Below are positions 35,907 through 46,931 of a stretch of DNA of 64,000 bases, piece by piece. Position numbers and translations under genes: made by a program. Position 1 is the stretch's first letter; each line of letters begins with the position of its first letter. Source of the DNA: Clostridia bacterium (GTDB lineage Bacteria; Bacillota; Clostridia; Peptostreptococcales; JAAYPU01); the NCBI GenBank assembly GCA_016278615.1, contig JADQBM010000067.1, positions 7,143-71,142 of the forward strand, given 5' to 3'. A model generated the notes under the pieces. It made no database searches. It had not been told where the DNA came from and was given only the letters and a program-made list of their open reading frames with translations.

Positions 35907-37160
35907 ATGAATATAGTAAAAAGAGATATATCCCAAAAGAGAGCCATAGAGTTAAAGGAAAAAATCAAAGAATATCTATCTAAGAAAGAAAAAATTGATA
36001 AAGGACTAGAAAAAAAAGAAGAAATACTCAAAAGAAAAAAAATAATATTAGATGTTTTAAATGGGACAGAAGAAGACTGGAATGATTACAAATGGCAATT
36101 AAAAAACAGGATTAATAAGGTTGATGTATTAAATAAAATAATTAGTTTATCAGAAGACGAAAAAAAAATATTAAATGATGTCAGTGAAAAATATAGGTGG
36201 GGTATATCCCCATACTATTTAAGCTTAATGAATTTTACAAAAAAATATGGACCCATAAGATTAATGTCCATACCTCTTTTAAATGAAATTAAAGATACAT
36301 ATGGAATGCTTGATCCTATGAGTGAAGAATACACAAACCCAGCCGGTTGCATTACAAGAAGATATCCTGATCGTCTTATTTTAAATGTTACAAATGAATG
36401 TGCCATGTATTGTAGATTTTGCCAAAGAAGAAGAAATATAGGACAACAAGATAAAGTAAAAAGCAAGGATATTATAGATGAGTCTATTGATTATATAAAA
36501 GCAAATGAAGAAATAAGAGATGTATTAATTACTGGTGGAGATGCACTAACCTTGAATGATCAAATTTTAGAAGATATTATTAGCAGGGTAAGAGCAATTG
36601 AACATGTTGAAATTATACGTATAGGAACAAGAACACCGGTTACAATGCCCCAAAGAATTACAAAAGAGCTATGTGACATGTTTAAAAAATACCATCCAAT
36701 GTATATCAATACACATTTCAATCATCCCATGGAAGTAACGGAAGAAGCTAAAAAAGCCTGTGAAATGTTATCAGAAGCAGGGATACCTCTTGGAAATCAA
36801 GCTGTTTTATTAAATGGAATTAATAATAGTCCTCATGTTATGAAATGTTTAAATCAAGAATTATTAAAGTGTAGAGTTAAACCTTATTATATTTTTCATG
36901 CAAAGAGTATCAAAGGGACTTCGCATTTTTCTACATCCATTGAAGATGGATTAGCCATTATGAATAATTTAAGAGGCTTCACTTCAGGAATGGCCATACC
37001 AACATACATTGTTAATGCACCAAAAGGAAAAGGAAAAGTTCCTCTAAATAGCAATAATATTGTTGAAAAAGGTGATGGATACGTTGTTATAAAAACTTGG
37101 GAAGGTGAAAAACTTAAAATAAAGAACCATAACACCATTAATATAAAACAAGTTAAATAA
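35907..37160 (+). CDS. eam: KamA-family radical-SAM/PLP aminomutase with the glutamate 2,3-aminomutase residue signature
   Basis: 417-aa ORF. The CAMYCRFCQRRR CxxxCxxC cluster is at Cys165/169/172. It aligns with Clostridium subterminale lysine 2,3-aminomutase at a constant +40 offset. PLP Lys337 corresponds to K377. Lysine-binding Asp293 and Asp330 are replaced by K333 (codon 36903) and N370 (codon 37014). Confidence 0.7.
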   Translation: MNIVKRDISQKRAIELKEKIKEYLSKKEKIDKGLEKKEEILKRKKIILDVLNGTEEDWNDYKWQLKNRINKVDVLNKIISLSEDEKKILNDVSEKYRWGISPYYLSLMNFTKKYGPIRLMSIPLLNEIKDTYGMLDPMSEEYTNPAGCITRRYPDRLILNVTNECAMYCRFCQRRRNIGQQDKVKSKDIIDESIDYIKANEEIRDVLITGGDALTLNDQILEDIISRVRAIEHVEIIRIGTRTPVTMPQRITKELCDMFKKYHPMYINTHFNHPMEVTEEAKKACEMLSEAGIPLGNQAVLLNGINNSPHVMKCLNQELLKCRVKPYYIFHAKSIKGTSHFSTSIEDGLAIMNNLRGFTSGMAIPTYIVNAPKGKGKVPLNSNNIVEKGDGYVVIKTWEGEKLKIKNHNTINIKQVK

Positions 37161-37187
37161 GAACATTAGAAATTACAATAAATAAGA

Positions 37188-37223
37188 TTTAGAAAAGATT
37201 TAAGAATCTTTTCTAAATTTTTA
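37188..37223 (+). terminator. Rho-independent terminator after the aminomutase gene
   Basis: A 13-bp stem TTTAGAAAAGATT/AATCTTTTCTAAA with loop TAAG, followed by TTTTT. Confidence 0.8.
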
Positions 37224-37251
37224 TGTAATAATTCTATGACAAGGAGAGAAA

Positions 37252-37458
37252 ATGAGAGAAATAAAGATAAGAGAAGAGTTTATAAAATTATTTCAATTAT
37301 TGAAGTACGCAAGTCTTGTTCCCTCTGGTGGAGAAGCAAAATTTGTTATTGATGAAGGTTTGGTTAAAGTGAATGGAATCATTGAAAAACAGAAAGGTAA
37401 AAAAATATATAAAGAAGATATCATTGAGTTTCAAGGAGAAAAAGTTGTAGTAAAATAA
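37252..37458 (+). CDS. yaaA: S4-domain RNA-binding protein YaaA
   Basis: 68-aa ORF directly upstream of recF. The S4-like sequence (GGEAKFVIDEGLVKVNG) matches the conserved Firmicute yaaA position. Confidence 0.85.
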   Translation: MREIKIREEFIKLFQLLKYASLVPSGGEAKFVIDEGLVKVNGIIEKQKGKKIYKEDIIEFQGEKVVVK

Positions 37459-37468
37459 AGGAGTTTAT

Positions 37469-38581
37469 ATGCGCATAAAAAGCTTGTTTATTAATAATTT
37501 TAGAAATTATGATTGTGAAGAAATTAATTTCCATGATAAAGTAAATATTATTATAGGAAACAATGCTCAAGGAAAAACAAATTTACTTGAAGCTTTATAT
37601 ATGATGTCCATGGGTAAATCTTTTAGAACCAATCGGGATCATGATATGATAAGATTTAATGAACAAAAAGCCTTTATAAAAACTTTATGTATAAAAGAAG
37701 ACTCACAACTTAACATAGATATTACATTGGATCAAACCCAAAAAAAAATAATTAAAAAAAATGGTTTAAAGTTAATAAGAAACACGGAAATTTTGAATCA
37801 TATATACATGGTGGTTTTTTCACCAGAAGATCTAAAAATTGTAAAAGAAGGGCCTGAAAAAAGAAGAAATTTTATAAATAGAGAACTTTGTCAAATAAAA
37901 CCTTTGTATTATCATAATTTATATAAATACAGTAAAGTTTTATTACAAAGAAATGCGTTTTTAAAAGATTATAAATATGAAAAGTATGATAAAAACATGT
38001 TAGATGTTTGGAATAAAGAAATCATCCGTTATGGCTTACATCTTGTTAAAAAAAGAAAAGAATTTATAAACAAATTGAATCTATTGAGTCAAGAAATACA
38101 TAAAAATATTACAAATGGTGAAGAAAACATTGAATTATTCTATGAATCTAATGTTTTTCAAAACACAGAAAATTTAATACAAGAAGATATTTATATTAAA
38201 AAATTAGAAGAAAGTATAAAAACAGATTTTTATCGAGGAAATACAAAAATAGGACCACATAAAGATGATATTAGAATCATGGTTAACGATAAAGATGTAA
38301 GATATTTTGGATCGCAAGGACAGCAAAGAACAGCTTCTTTATCCTTAAAGCTCGCTGAGATAAAATTAATATATGAAGAAACAGAAGAAGTTCCCATATT
38401 ACTATTGGATGATGTTTTATCAGAACTTGATAGCTCAAGACAAAAATATTTGATAAATTCCTTAAAAGATGTCCAATTATTTATTACAACAACAGAAATA
38501 AGTGAATTTTTAAAAGAAAGCTTAAAAGAAAACTATATATTTGAAGTGAGCAATGGAAAAGTTAAAAGAGGAGAACTCTAA
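37469..38581 (+). CDS. recF: DNA replication and repair protein RecF
   Basis: 370-aa ORF. Walker A GNNAQGKTNLLEA, the signature GSQGQQRT, and Walker B LLLDDVLSELD. Confidence 0.96.
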   Translation: MRIKSLFINNFRNYDCEEINFHDKVNIIIGNNAQGKTNLLEALYMMSMGKSFRTNRDHDMIRFNEQKAFIKTLCIKEDSQLNIDITLDQTQKKIIKKNGLKLIRNTEILNHIYMVVFSPEDLKIVKEGPEKRRNFINRELCQIKPLYYHNLYKYSKVLLQRNAFLKDYKYEKYDKNMLDVWNKEIIRYGLHLVKKRKEFINKLNLLSQEIHKNITNGEENIELFYESNVFQNTENLIQEDIYIKKLEESIKTDFYRGNTKIGPHKDDIRIMVNDKDVRYFGSQGQQRTASLSLKLAEIKLIYEETEEVPILLLDDVLSELDSSRQKYLINSLKDVQLFITTTEISEFLKESLKENYIFEVSNGKVKRGEL

Positions 38582-38662
38582 TATAGATATAAGAAAATTT
38601 TATAAAAATGTAATTATCCAATAACTGCTTTCCACCATAGTATATTATAAGAGGTGATAAGA

Positions 38663-39343
38663 ATGGCAGTTATTTTAGTCTATAACAATGACACAAATGC
38701 AATAGAAAGGTATCAAAGAAACGAAAACGATATAATGCCTTATGTTTATAACAACAGCCTTACAGTAAATGAATTTAGAGGCTCTTCAAATGCAAATCTT
38801 TTATGGACAGATAAAAGAACCATGGAAACCTGGAGTCGTTTCCGAGATTTTTATGGTGCAGCAATACCAGTAGGTTTTGCTTTTAAGAGAATTTGGGAAG
38901 GTGGACATAGCCCTCAATCTCAACATTATGCTGGAACAGCCTTGGATGTAGGTCAGGCTTTAGCACCGGCACAAAGAAATAGACTGAGACAAAGAGCCAT
39001 TGATTTTGGACTCTGGAGTTATGTGGAACCGGCTTATCTCACCCCAACATGGGTGCATATGGATAAAAGAAATCTGAATCCAGCTTGTGTCAGTGGGTAT
39101 CCTTTATTAAGATTAGGAGATGCAAGTAGTTATGTACTTATTCTCCAAGATGCATTAAATGCTTTGGGGTATACGGGTTCAGGTTTAGATGGTGTTTTTG
39201 GTAGTGGGACTGATGCTGCAGTTAGAAGATTTCAACAATCATTTGGTATTCCTGCTGATGGAATTGTGGGATGCGTTTCTTGGACACTGTTAACTCAATC
39301 AGCCAGAGGTATTGGTCAAACGGCAACAGTTGTAAATCCATAA
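38663..39343 (+). CDS. LAS-type zinc peptidoglycan peptidase (M15-like) fused to a PG_binding_1 domain, no signal peptide
   Basis: GAGGTGA RBS lies 5 nt before MAVILVY. The metal motifs SQHYAGTALDV (HxxGxAxD) and TWVHMD are present. The C-terminal LQDALNALGYTGSGLDGVFGSGTDAAVRRFQQSFGIPADGIVG is a classic peptidoglycan-binding repeat. A hand-counted 100-nt sample is 47% G+C, against 23% in recF. Confidence 0.7.
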   Translation: MAVILVYNNDTNAIERYQRNENDIMPYVYNNSLTVNEFRGSSNANLLWTDKRTMETWSRFRDFYGAAIPVGFAFKRIWEGGHSPQSQHYAGTALDVGQALAPAQRNRLRQRAIDFGLWSYVEPAYLTPTWVHMDKRNLNPACVSGYPLLRLGDASSYVLILQDALNALGYTGSGLDGVFGSGTDAAVRRFQQSFGIPADGIVGCVSWTLLTQSARGIGQTATVVNP

Positions 39344-39384
39344 GTAATAAAGATTATTTCAAAAAAATGGATAGAGATAAGTAA

Positions 39385-39409
39385 AAAGACAGAAGATATT
39401 TCTGTCTTT
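39385..39409 (+). terminator. Terminator-like hairpin after the peptidase gene
   Basis: AAAGACAGAA-gatat-TTCTGTCTTT. The U tail is weak. Confidence 0.45.
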
Positions 39410-39590
39410 AGCTATATAACGAGTTTAAAACGTATATAGAAAGTTTAAATCTTGCTCATATTGAAGAAAAACCGATTTAGTAATATTTTTTTATCAAAAG
39501 ACTAAAAATACTTTAAAAAGTTATATTAAAAGATTATAATAGTATAAGTGTCCTGATGTAATATATAAAGATAGACGATAAAAGAGGTGA

Positions 39591-41510
<1,920 letters not shown>

Positions 41511-41522
41511 GGAGGAACAAAA

Positions 41523-44042
41523 ATGAGTAGAGATTTAATAGAGAACAGTAGAATAATACAATTAGATATCAATGATGAAATGAAAAAATCCTATATTGAT
41601 TATGCCATGAGTGTTATTGTTGGAAGGGCACTTCCAGATGTCAGAGATGGATTAAAACCTGTACATAGAAGAATTTTATATGCCATGCATGAATTGGGAT
41701 TATCTCCAGATCAACCTTTTAGAAAATCAGCGCGTATCGTCGGGGATGTATTGGGTAAGTACCACCCTCATGGAGATACCTCCGTTTATGATGCTATGGT
41801 TAGAATGGCTCAAGATTTTTCCATAAGATACTTATTGGTAAATGGACATGGAAACTTTGGCTCAGTAGATGGCGACAGTGCGGCTGCTATGAGATATACC
41901 GAAGCCAAAATGACAAAGTTAGCGGCTGAAATGATAAAAGATATTAATAAGAATACCGTTGATTATATACCCAATTTCGATGAAACCCTAAAGGAACCAA
42001 CGGTCATGCCTGCAAAATTCCCGAATCTTCTTGTAAATGGGTCAAATGGAATTGCGGTTGGAATGGCTACATCCATTCCCCCTCATAATCTTGGAGAGGT
42101 TATCGATGCTACAGTTAAAATAATAGATGATGAAGAGGCGACTATTGAGGATGTCATTTCAATCATTAAAGGACCGGACTTTCCTACTGGTGCAACGATT
42201 TTAGGTAAAAACGGGATTAAGGATGCCTACAGAACAGGGCAAGGGAAAGTAATCGTAAGATCTAAAGTTGAAATAGAAGAAACAAGTAAAGGCAGAGAAC
42301 ATATTATTGTAAAGGAAATCCCATATCAAGTCAATAAATCAAGGGTTATTGAAAAAATTGCAGAGCTTGTAAGGGATAAAAAAGTTGAAGGCATATCGGA
42401 TCTTAGAGATGAATCCGATAGAAAAGGGATGCGTATCGTTATTGAATTAAAAAAAGATGCGAACCCCAATATTGTCTTAAATAGGCTTTATAAACATACA
42501 CAGCTCCAAGATACTTTCAGTATCATCTTATTGGCTTTAGTCAATGGGGAACCAAAAATATTAACTTTGTATGAAATGATCTATCATTATCTCATGCATC
42601 AAAAGGATATCGTTACGAAAAGAACCCAATATGATTTAGAAAAAGCAGAAGACAGAGCACATATATTAGAAGGATTAAAGATTGCGCTGGACAATATAGA
42701 TCAAATTATTGCCTTAATAAGAAAAGCGGATAGTGTTGCAGAAGCGAAAGAAAATTTAATGGGTTCTTTTGAACTTTCGGAAAAGCAGGCACAGGCGATC
42801 TTAGATATGCGGCTGCAAAAATTGACGGGTCTTGAAAGAGATAAAATTGAGCAAGAATTTGCGGAGCTTGTAAAGATGATAGAAGAATTTAGAAGAATTC
42901 TCTCAGATGAAAAGCTTTTGATGAGCATCATAAAAGAAGAGTTATTAGAAATAAAAGAAAAATATCAAGACGAAAGACGTACCGAAATTGTTGCAAGTCT
43001 TCAAGAAATAGAAGATGAAGATTTAATTCAAGAAGAAGATATCGCCATTACCCTTACCCATTTAGGCTATATTAAAAGATTGCCCTCTGATACATATAAG
43101 CTTCAACGAAGAGGTGGAAAAGGAATTACCGGTTTAACAACAAGAGAAAATGATTTTGTTAAACAATTAATATTGACGTCTACACATAATTTCTTATTGT
43201 TCTTTACGAATATAGGAAAAGTATACAGAATGAAAGCTTATGAAATACCTGATGCTAAGAGACAGGCAAGAGGCGTTGCTATTGTAAATCTATTAAATTT
43301 AGCTCAGGGAGAAAGAGTAACCGCTGTCATTCCTATAAAAACATTTGAAAAAGAAAAGTATCTGGTTTCGGTAACACAAAAAGGCGTTATAAAGAAAACA
43401 GATCTTGCACAATTTGATACTTCAAGAAAAACAGGTATTATTGCTATAAAACTGAAGGAAGATGATCAATTAATCAGTGTTAAGCAAACCACTGGAAATA
43501 GTGAAGTAATTGTGGTGACAAAAAAAGGTAAATCTATTTGCTTTAAAGAAACAGATGTTAGAGATATGGGCAGAACAGCTGCCGGTGTTAGAGCCATCAT
43601 CTTAAATAAAAAAGATGAAGTTGTGGCTATGGAAGTGTTTGAGATGGATGTTGTAGGAGAAACAGAATACTTATTAGTGGCAACGGAATTGGGATATGGT
43701 AAAAGAACCCACTTAAATGAATATAAGATACAAGCAAGAGGTGGAAAAGGGATTCTCACCTATGACAAAGATAAGTTGAAAAAAACAGGAGACTTAATAG
43801 GGGCAGCAGTAGTGCAAGATGAAGATGAAATCATGCTTATTAATTCTGATGGTGTTATTATCCGTTTAAATGTAAATGAAATATCTAAATTTGGTAGAGC
43901 AACACAAGGGGTTAAATTAATGCGTGTTTTGGAAAATGGGAATCTTATTTCTCTCGCCAAGGTCATCACCACAGTAGCTATTAGTGGAGATGAAGAAGAT
44001 GATGATCAGGAACAAATATCAGTTGATCTAAAAATGGATTAA
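41523..44042 (+). CDS. gyrA: DNA gyrase subunit A
   Basis: 839-aa ORF. Active-site region [14 protein letters not shown]-like [17 protein letters not shown]-terminal beta-pinwheel repeats and an acidic tail. Confidence 0.98.
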   Translation: MSRDLIENSRIIQLDINDEMKKSYIDYAMSVIVGRALPDVRDGLKPVHRRILYAMHELGLSPDQPFRKSARIVGDVLGKYHPHGDTSVYDAMVRMAQDFSIRYLLVNGHGNFGSVDGDSAAAMRYTEAKMTKLAAEMIKDINKNTVDYIPNFDETLKEPTVMPAKFPNLLVNGSNGIAVGMATSIPPHNLGEVIDATVKIIDDEEATIEDVISIIKGPDFPTGATILGKNGIKDAYRTGQGKVIVRSKVEIEETSKGREHIIVKEIPYQVNKSRVIEKIAELVRDKKVEGISDLRDESDRKGMRIVIELKKDANPNIVLNRLYKHTQLQDTFSIILLALVNGEPKILTLYEMIYHYLMHQKDIVTKRTQYDLEKAEDRAHILEGLKIALDNIDQIIALIRKADSVAEAKENLMGSFELSEKQAQAILDMRLQKLTGLERDKIEQEFAELVKMIEEFRRILSDEKLLMSIIKEELLEIKEKYQDERRTEIVASLQEIEDEDLIQEEDIAITLTHLGYIKRLPSDTYKLQRRGGKGITGLTTRENDFVKQLILTSTHNFLLFFTNIGKVYRMKAYEIPDAKRQARGVAIVNLLNLAQGERVTAVIPIKTFEKEKYLVSVTQKGVIKKTDLAQFDTSRKTGIIAIKLKEDDQLISVKQTTGNSEVIVVTKKGKSICFKETDVRDMGRTAAGVRAIILNKKDEVVAMEVFEMDVVGETEYLLVATELGYGKRTHLNEYKIQARGGKGILTYDKDKLKKTGDLIGAAVVQDEDEIMLINSDGVIIRLNVNEISKFGRATQGVKLMRVLENGNLISLAKVITTVAISGDEEDDDQEQISVDLKMD

Positions 44043-44072
44043 ATAGAGAAACATAATGATGAATTGTAACCA

Positions 44073-44101
44073 TTTGGTCCCTTTGGGACCAAAACTTTTT
44101 T
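44073..44101 (+). terminator. Rho-independent terminator after gyrA
   Basis: TTTGGTCCC-ttt-GGGACCAAA followed by ACTTTTTT. Confidence 0.85.
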
Positions 44102-44167
44102 AAATTCTATTTTATTATGAAAAAAAATGGGTATATATTAATTGTCATTACAAGGAGGTTATTTAAA

Positions 44168-44488
44168 ATGACTTTGGAACTAAAAAGTATCTTTAATAAT
44201 CAGTTAAATCAGTGGGTTATTGAGGTTCAAGGTGAGATTGATGTTTTCACAGCAAAAGATTTCAGAGAAGAACTGATTAGAACTTACAATGAAAAACAAG
44301 AAAATATTATTCTTGATTTTGGCAACCTTAATTATCTAGACAGTACGGGTTTAGGTGTCATTATAGGCGCTTATGGGAGAATGAAAGAACAGGGAAAAGA
44401 AATCTCCATTAAGAATGCAAAGTCGAATATATTAAAACTTATGACCATAACGGGTTTGGACAAGATACTAATCAAATCAAATTGTTAG
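44168..44488 (+). CDS. rsbV: Anti-sigma-factor antagonist (STAS; RsbV/SpoIIAA type)
   Basis: AGGAGG RBS precedes MTLELKSIF; the ORF track start at 44117 is upstream. The phosphorylatable-Ser context is NLNYLDSTGLGVIIG. Confidence 0.85.
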   Translation: MTLELKSIFNNQLNQWVIEVQGEIDVFTAKDFREELIRTYNEKQENIILDFGNLNYLDSTGLGVIIGAYGRMKEQGKEISIKNAKSNILKLMTITGLDKILIKSNC

Positions 44489-44522
44489 TAATTTGGTAAA
44501 ACAAACAGAAGGAGAGAAAGAA

Positions 44523-44924
44523 ATGGTCGATTTATTAAAATTCTCTATTCCCGGAAAACCGGATTATGTAGGAGTTGTTCGCTTGGCAGTTTCATCTGTT
44601 GCCAATAGAGCAGGTTTTGATATCGAAGCGATAGAAGATATAAAAGTTGCTGTATCAGAAGCTTGTAACAATGCTATTCTTCATGGAATTCATGAAAATT
44701 GTTGTAATTACGAAGTAGCTTGTTTTTTAGATGAAAAAAAACTAACCATAGTAATTGATGACCAAGGGGAAGGATATAATACCATTGACTACTTGGAGCC
44801 AGATCTAAAACATCCGAAAGAAGGCGGTTTAGGGATTTTTATTATTAAAACTCTCATGGACGAGGTAGAAATAATGTCAGATAAAATAAAAGGGACTACG
44901 ATCAAGATGACAAAATATATTTAA
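44523..44924 (+). CDS. rsbW: Anti-sigma factor serine kinase (RsbW/SpoIIAB type)
   Basis: AAGGAGAG RBS precedes MVDLLKFSIPGKPDYV. HATPase_c N-box (SEACNNAILHG) and G-boxes (DDQGEGY, GGLGIFI). Confidence 0.85.
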   Translation: MVDLLKFSIPGKPDYVGVVRLAVSSVANRAGFDIEAIEDIKVAVSEACNNAILHGIHENCCNYEVACFLDEKKLTIVIDDQGEGYNTIDYLEPDLKHPKEGGLGIFIIKTLMDEVEIMSDKIKGTTIKMTKYI

Positions 44925-44938
44925 TTGAGGGTGTTGTA

Positions 44939-45718
44939 ATGAATATAAGGGATTTGTCTGAAAAAAGCATATCTGACAGTTCAAATGTAGAGTTATTTAT
45001 GAAATACAAAGAAACCAAAGACATAGAAATAAGAAATGAATTAATTCAAAGATATCTCTATATAGCAGATATACTTGTAAAAAAATATGTTAATAAAGGG
45101 ATTGAATATGATGACTTATACCAAGTGGCATCACTTGGATTAATTCAAGCTGTTGAAAGATATGATTTGGGAAAAGGTTTTGAATTTGGAAGCTTTGCAA
45201 CCCCAACTATTTTAGGAGAAATCAAAAGATATTTTAGAGATAAGGGATGGGCGATTCGCGTCCCCAGAAGGTCACAAGAAATATCCCAAAAGCTTCAGAG
45301 CGCAAAAGAAAAACTTTCTCAAGAATTACAACGAACACCAAAGGTATCAGAACTGGCAGTATACTTAGATACCACAGAGGACGAAATTTTGCAAGCCATG
45401 GAGGCCTCATCGGTTTTTGAAATAAACTCCCTTAACCAAAAATATGATAATGATGGAAGTGATAGGGATTTAAAATTAGAGGAAGCTTTAGGGGTAGGAG
45501 ACCATAATTTTAGGAGACTTGAGAACCAGGATATGATAAAAAAGGTTTTAGCATTGATGCCCCATGTAGAAAAAGAAGTTTTTGTACAAAGATTCTTGCA
45601 AGAGAAGACTCAAGGAGAAATTGCAAAAATGATGCAGGTATCACAAATGACTATTTCAAGGATGGAAAAGAAAATCATTAACCGTTTTAAAGATGAGATG
45701 GTAAAGATTGAGATGTGA
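44939..45718 (+). CDS. sigB: Group-3 sigma factor, SigB-like
   Basis: 259-aa ORF. Region 2 FATPTILGEIKRYFRDKGWAIRVPRR and RTPKVSELAVYLD resemble B. subtilis SigB more than SigF. Region 4 HTH is QGEIAKMMQVSQMTISRMEKK. It sits in an rsbV-rsbW-sigB operon. Confidence 0.75.
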   Translation: MNIRDLSEKSISDSSNVELFMKYKETKDIEIRNELIQRYLYIADILVKKYVNKGIEYDDLYQVASLGLIQAVERYDLGKGFEFGSFATPTILGEIKRYFRDKGWAIRVPRRSQEISQKLQSAKEKLSQELQRTPKVSELAVYLDTTEDEILQAMEASSVFEINSLNQKYDNDGSDRDLKLEEALGVGDHNFRRLENQDMIKKVLALMPHVEKEVFVQRFLQEKTQGEIAKMMQVSQMTISRMEKKIINRFKDEMVKIEM

Positions 45719-45719
45719 C

Positions 45720-45750
45720 AACTTCCTTCTATTCTAAGGGAAGTTTTTAC
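45720..45750 (+). terminator. Rho-independent terminator after sigB
   Basis: AACTTCC-12 nt-GGAAGTT followed by TTTT. Confidence 0.7.
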
Positions 45751-45814
45751 TTGTTTTTTGAATAGAAAGAATCTATTATAGATAATATAAAAAACGGAGA
45801 CGGAGGAGATTAAA

Positions 45815-46798
45815 ATGAAAAGAGCCTTTTCCGGTGTTCAGCCCACAGGAAACATACATATAGGCAATTATATTGGTGCATTGAAACAATTTGTCCAACT
45901 GCAAAATGAAATGGAGACAGTTTACTGTATTGTTGACCTCCACTCCATTACAGTTCCTCAGAACCCAAAAGAACTCCAAGAACATACATTGGATGTTGCA
46001 GCTTTATATCTTTCGGTAGGACTAGACCCAAAAAAATCTATTATTTTTGTTCAATCTACTGTACCTGCTCATGCAGAATTAGCATGGATTTTAACCTGCA
46101 ATTCATATACAGGAGAGCTCAGTAGAATGATACAGTTTAAAGATAAAAGTAAGGAAAAAGAATCTGCGCCTACAGGGCTATTTACATATCCATTATTAAT
46201 GGCAGCGGATATTTTGCTATATGATGCTCAGTATGTACCAGTTGGAAATGATCAAAAGCAACATATTGAACTGACAAGAGATTTAGCAGAACGATTTAAC
46301 AACAAATATGGAGATACATTTGTTGTTCCTGAATATAAGGGGACAAAAGTAGGCGCTCGAATAATGGCCCTAGATGATCCTACTAATAAAATGAGTAAAA
46401 GTGCTGAAAACGAGCATAGTCGAATCTCCTTATTGGATACGCCTTCTAAAGTCAAAAAATCTATTATGCGGGCAACCACAGATTCAGATAATGAAATAAG
46501 ATTTGATGAAGAAAACAAACCGGGAATTAGCAATTTACTAGCAATCTATAGTGTTTTTTCTGGGTTAGATATAAAAGAAATTGAAAGAAAATATGCAGGT
46601 TGTGGATATGGACAGTTAAAGAAGGATTTGGTAGAAGTGGTTAACGATTCTTTGGTGGATATTCAAAAAAAATATTTTGAAATCAGAAAATCCGACGAAT
46701 TATTAGAGATTTTAAGAGAAGGCACAAAAAAAGCACAAAATATTTCTGAAGAGACCATGATAAGAGTAAAAGAAAAGATTGGGTTAGTAAGACTATAA
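45815..46798 (+). CDS. trpS: Tryptophan--tRNA ligase
   Basis: 327-aa ORF. A class I HIGH-type motif (QPTGNIHIGNYIGA) and KMSKS. There is no T-box leader; only about 65 nt separates the terminator from the start. Confidence 0.95.
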   Translation: MKRAFSGVQPTGNIHIGNYIGALKQFVQLQNEMETVYCIVDLHSITVPQNPKELQEHTLDVAALYLSVGLDPKKSIIFVQSTVPAHAELAWILTCNSYTGELSRMIQFKDKSKEKESAPTGLFTYPLLMAADILLYDAQYVPVGNDQKQHIELTRDLAERFNNKYGDTFVVPEYKGTKVGARIMALDDPTNKMSKSAENEHSRISLLDTPSKVKKSIMRATTDSDNEIRFDEENKPGISNLLAIYSVFSGLDIKEIERKYAGCGYGQLKKDLVEVVNDSLVDIQKKYFEIRKSDELLEILREGTKKAQNISEETMIRVKEKIGLVRL

Positions 46799-46815
46799 TT
46801 AAAAGAGCAATAAGT

Positions 46816-46851
46816 AAGGCATTCCTAAAGTATAAGAGGAGTGCTTTTTTT
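46816..46851 (+). terminator. Terminator after trpS
   Basis: AAGGCATTCC pairs with GGAGTGCTT (using G-U wobbles), followed by a T7 run. Confidence 0.6.
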
Positions 46852-46931
46852 ATCCTTTACAAAAAAGCATCTTTTAAGATACTATTATAAGTACGGATAA
46901 AGATATATGGAGAATCAAGAGGAGGAAAAGC

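Noticed and set aside
38590-38662. TTATCCAAT upstream of the M15-like gene as a DnaA box
   Set aside because: It has two mismatches to TTATCCACA in an AT-rich background, which is expected by chance.
45751-45814. Possible T-box leader upstream of trpS
   Set aside because: Only about 65 nt separate the sigB terminator from the trpS start. There is no specifier loop, no AGAGA/GNUGG element and no T-box sequence (GGGTGGNACCGCG).
45776-45985. 69-aa minus-strand ORF overlapping the trpS start
   Set aside because: It overlaps the trpS HIGH-motif region on the other strand and has no independent support.
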